A stretch of 63,991 nt of DNA, filler included, from Octopus bimaculoides (taxonomy: Eukaryota): NCBI RefSeq assembly GCF_001194135.2. It is 7 parts of 6 records of this genome, joined end to end, with 100 filler letters (N's around TTAATTAATTAA, not from the genome) between each part and the next. Parts side by side here need not be neighbours in the genome. Positions count along the whole stretch, not along the records: positions 62,644 to 63,991 come from NW_026380580.1; 6 more parts are not named here. One strand, written 5' to 3'. The notes beneath the pieces were generated by a model. The model was not told the DNA's origin. It saw only the letters and a program-made list of their open reading frames with translations, and did not search any database. Numbering within the stretch: position 1 is the stretch's first letter; the number at the start of each line of letters is the position of its first letter. The translations under genes were made by a program, and so were the position numbers. Of the stretch, positions 63,542 to 63,991 are shown one piece after another.

Positions 63542-63991
63542 CTACTTACGTTTTGCTGGAGAGGTTGGGGCCGATCTCGCTATACACTCGTCGGCCCATC
63601 TACTTTCCTCCACCTCTAAGTATTTTGGTAGCACTTCTATTGTTTTTATTTTATTCGGTTCCTTAGCCTCCAGTTCTTTAAACGTCTTTTTTCTGATCCA
63701 TGCACATCTTTCATGGTGATCTTCTTTTTTTTTGTAAAGCCTTGTGGTTTTGTGTGGTACTATCACGCCATCAAGGTACAAGCTTCGAGTATCGTACTCG
63801 ATTAGCACTACTTCATTTTCTAGTTTTTCCAAATTTTTTTCTTTTTTCTTGGGTCGGCGGGGCGGGATTTTTTTGCGTCAGTGTTGTTTTTTGTGGGAGA
63901 TATGGACGGGAATAGTGTATGTGCTCTCTCTTTTTGTTTTGTTTTTTCCACCATTGTGAACTCCCCCTCTACTATTTCCATACTATTTCCT
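63542..63991 (-). pseudogene. C-terminal part of ORF1 of the same L1/Tx1-like element
   Basis: Ends 18 nt upstream of the ORF2 ATG. Reading continues to the window end apart from a frameshift in an A-run near 63835. Confidence 0.6.

Overview
AT-rich, microsatellite-saturated animal genomic DNA. The tRNA-derived SINE families, RTE tails and repeat landscape match what is known for octopus (Octopus sp.); this is inferred from sequence recognition, not from a search. The window is not contiguous: six identical artificial linkers (44 N + TTAATTAATTAA + 44 N) split it into seven blocks (1-19296, 19397-31993, 32094-42699, 42800-51001, 51102-60261, 60362-62543, 62644-63991), and there are many further N gaps. 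Most content is transposon debris: at least four SINE families, RTE and R4/Dong-like LINE ends, a decayed Ty3/Gypsy pol, a decayed L1/Tx1 element, a Penelope-like GIY-YIG remnant, a Tc1/mariner remnant, piggyBac/hAT/Tigger-type MITEs and a 91-bp mini-Helitron. The only convincing host-like coding sequence is a 5'-open ORF of at least 447 codons (32095-33438) that looks like a six-bladed beta-propeller. The most interesting signal is a set of minimal hammerhead-ribozyme motifs, mostly in block 51102-60261. One is a fully paired motif with a compensated U3:A8 core inside a 354-bp partial tandem repeat (retrozyme-like). A second family is present as two inverted copies. Both lie near the Penelope-like remnant. 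Nearly all other ORFs in the supplied track are artefacts of microsatellites or N runs.
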